Assembly (NCBI GenBank): GCA_043228905.1
Contig: JBHGNT010000013.1
Coordinates: 17,298,001-17,362,000 of the forward strand
Reading direction: 5' to 3'
Origin: Azolla caroliniana
Lineage: Eukaryota; Plantae; Polypodiophyta
Length of the DNA: 64,000 nucleotides
Shown here one piece after another: positions 60,770-64,000 of this stretch. A program made the translations under genes and the position numbers. The notes beneath the pieces were generated by a model. That model searched no databases. It had not been told where the DNA came from and saw only the letters and a list, made by a program, of their open reading frames with translations. Numbering within the stretch: position 1 is the stretch's first letter; each line of letters opens with the position of its first letter.

Positions 60770-61199
60770 GGCTTCTTCACTGGTGCTTTCACGGCCTGTA
60801 GAAAATTAGGGTTTTGTTTCGTTTTTATTTTTCTTACAGGGGAGAATCAGGGGCTTATTTCAATAGTGGGAAAGTAGAGATGTCTTCCTAGAGAGGAGAT
60901 GGAGGGTATTGTCATGGTGGGCAGATTAGGAAAGGAAAATCTTGGATTAGGGATGTGCAGAGGAGGAGAAGGAAGAGAAGGGAAGGAGATGGGGGAAGAA
61001 GAATTCTGAGAGACAAAAGCTTAACGGAATGAAGGAAGCAGACAAAGTCAAATTTACTTATTTAGGTATATATTCATTCCGCCATAGCATAATTATGTAC
61101 ATACATCTCTGCGCTATCTTATCTCTTACTTTCAAATTTTGACCTCTTTCATCTGTAACATCTCTCTGTTTCTCTTTATGCAGTCATCTGTGACATCTC

Positions 61200-61244
<45 letters not shown>

Positions 61245-61439
61245 CTCAGCTTTTAGCTTTTTTCTCATGTTGTTTTATACCTAATCTCTCTCTCTCTTAT
61301 ATGGTCCACAAATCTCAGCTTTTTTCTCATGTTCTTTTATACCTAATCTCTCTCTCTCTCTCTCTTATATGGTCCAGAAATGGAAGGAGAGCTTATCGAT
61401 TATATGGAGACCCTAAATCTTTGTGCATCCGAACAGGCT

Positions 61440-63000
61440 GTCTTTAGACGAGTCTTCTCTACCATTGATCATGATTCATATATTCATTCTTAGATGCTTA
61501 ATTGACCAAACAAAGGCCCACAAGAAGAAATTATATTGTTGTTTTTGTCGACTTTCGCAAAACCTTTGACACGGTCCCTAGCGAGCAGCTGTTTGATAGG
61601 CTTAAAAGCTTGAGGATACCAGATGACATGATTTGGGTCATCTACGCATTATATGAGCAAGTCTCCAGGTGCGTCCGATGCCCAGGTGGCCTATCCAATT
61701 CCTTCACTAGCACTATTGGTGTAAAACAAGGTTGCTCCTTATCACCGACTCTTTTTGGGATCTACATTGATGAGATCACAGGTTTTATTGCTCGTAAGGG
61801 AGGCAACATAGTAGTCCTTGGGGATACGCAGGTTCGTATCTTGCTCTATGCAGACGACATAGTTTTGCTCTCTGAATCCGAACACGACCTACAAAGGCAC
61901 CTTAATGCCTTAGATGACTTTTGCAGCACACACCGAGGATTGGTAGTGAATCTAGGGAAAACTAAAATTCCTTATCTTCCACACATCGGCCCAAGTTAGA
62001 GCTAAATGTCACCTAACCATAGCCCATAGCCCAGTTGAGGTGGTTGGATCATATGTCTATCTTGGAGTCACTTCAGTGTCCGCTTAAGTAAATTTTCGAT
62101 GACATAGGCAACGAATGATAGACTTAAGAGAGGACATGCATCCCTCTCACTCCTAGACAGACAATGCCACCAAACATACTTTCAAGAGCCACGGACTAAA
62201 GGGTGGCTCTTTGACTCATTGGTGACTCCCTCCCTCATGTATACATTAGTCGTTTGAGCCCTAGGGCTACCATCTTTCATGTTGATGCAATTAGAGAGAC
62301 CATTAGTGATGATGTTATCATGCCAACTCCGACGCAAATCGACAGTACCACATGACATTATTAGAACGGAGTTCACTTTACCCCCGATGTTAGTAGAGGC
62401 ACTTTTTCAACTTGTAGTCTTTATTCATAGGATACATAGCCAACCACATGATAGGATATTAATAGCCTACCTACCCTTAGGTACAACCATGCGATTGATA
62501 ACACTTTAATCTCTCATGAGGATTGTAATAAAGTAATACGCCAAGAAATATGGAAAATTTACACTCGGTATAAATGAATCTCCCCACTAGAGCCAGTCCC
62601 ATCTAAAATGTTGTATTATAAGGAACACTTTGACATGCACTTCTCTAAGTTAGGCTTTATTACATGACCAAAATATCTACATGCATTCTTACCAGATGCA
62701 CTAAGGGTTGCCATTGGACAACTTAGAATATCATTTCACCAACTTGAGATGGAGAATGGTCGTACTAATGGAGTCCCTCGGGAGCAAAGGATATGAAGAC
62801 TATGTCACATATAGATAGAGGATGAGTACCACTTTACATGCAAGTGTCCAACTTACGCCGAGATAAGGGCAAAATACCGAGACATACTCGATTCCTCCCC
62901 CACCCTCCCCAAACTATTAGATACTCTAGATATAAAGAATTTAGACAGATATATCCTAGAGCTAAAACAACACAGAGATAATAAACTACAAAATATTGAC
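61440..63000 (+). mobile_element. 5'-truncated degenerate non-LTR retrotransposon (LINE RT and C-terminal Cys/His motif)
   Basis: FVDFRKTFDTV, GVKQGCSLSPTLF and LLYADD in ORF 61502-61999; EDEYHFTCKCP near 62818-62850. The element may extend to the (CT)n at 63447-63488. Confidence 0.85.
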
Positions 63001-63441
63001 AATAATGTTTCTAATATTCACCAATATGTAACGAATGAAGTTTTTCAGGGACAAGGGGAGACACCAAATGTCGACACACCTGCACTACTCAGCCTCTTCC
63101 TTGATGAAGCAGCAAACCAAAGAAGAACCAAGCGCCCTCGGATGCCGGGTTTCAGAGCAACTCGATGGTGTAGCAATTAAGAAAATAAGGGAACGTGAGC
63201 TACACCGCCTAGAAGCCATGGTTGGGACACTCTCTACACCGGGACCACGGGTCACACCCACACCGAAACCCTTTGACCTCCCACTTCTTTTCAAGAGGCT
63301 TGGGTGGAAATGAACTTAGGCTTAGTGCTTCTATTTTTATTTTATTATTTTAGTTTTGATGATTGGATAAATACCCCATTTTGTTGTACACCAATTATCT
63401 CATAGGCCAATTTTGGCTTTAGAAGACTTTAATATATCTTT

Positions 63442-63493
<52 letters not shown>

Positions 63494-64000
63494 ATTAGGG
63501 ATCATCGATAACGACCCACATCTAATGAGATCGAATACAAAGGATGGTGGTTGTGACCTTAGCGTCATACCTATTCGTTTATGTTTCCGTTATGTGCCCA
63601 ATCCATTCCAAGCTAAAGATAACATATGGTGTGTACACATACACTTGCTTCAATCTAATGGATGGGCCTTTATGTATTCGTGTTTTAAAAAATATATGTA
63701 TCTTGATCTTTCTGTCCACTTTGTATAGTAGACATTTCATTGTTGCAATACATATATCCTTGTTCTTTTGCTAGTGCCGTAGAGAAAGGTAAAATAGAGA
63801 CACACAAAGTTAATCGCACTTATATTAAAAAAGAAAGAGAAAAGTAGAAACCTATTTGTCAACGTTCTTTGGTGCTTGTCTTATTCACATTGTTGATCCT
63901 TATCCATTGCTTTCTTAAAAAAAAACTTGCCTTCAAAACCATATTGCCATGTAATTATTTGAAGGACAACTGATTCATACACTCTCCGCCCAATTGTCCA

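Overview
Eukaryotic plant nuclear DNA. A seed-free vascular plant such as a fern is inferred from the retroelement types, the PLS-type PPR relic and the AG/CT microsatellites; this is not proven. Bases 1-48.9 kb are a pile-up of nested retroelements inserted into decayed receptor-kinase and PPR pseudogenes. These include one intact Ty1/Copia, three damaged Copia, two related chromovirus Ty3/Gypsy elements, one internally deleted non-chromovirus Gypsy with an extra 3' ORF, one non-autonomous LTR element, two solo LTRs and LINE pieces. Most boundaries are fixed by TG..CA ends and target-site duplications (TSDs) read from the sequence. The right end holds two intact host genes in convergent orientation, a 12-exon protein kinase-PP2C fusion (49206-57225, +) and an intronless L-type lectin receptor kinase (58736-60769, -), followed by a LINE relic. 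The main result comes from comparing the two chromovirus elements, whose LTRs are otherwise diverged. Both keep the same set of cis-elements: an outward-facing tRNA-like A-box/B-box cassette at the U3 tip, a heat-shock-element array, a TATA box, an 11-12 nt 5' end complementary to a non-tRNA primer-binding site (Tf1-like self-priming, with compensatory base changes), and a G_TTA_AAC slippery site plus pseudoknot at the gag/pol overlap. All coordinates were counted by eye and family names are inferences from motifs; no searches were run.
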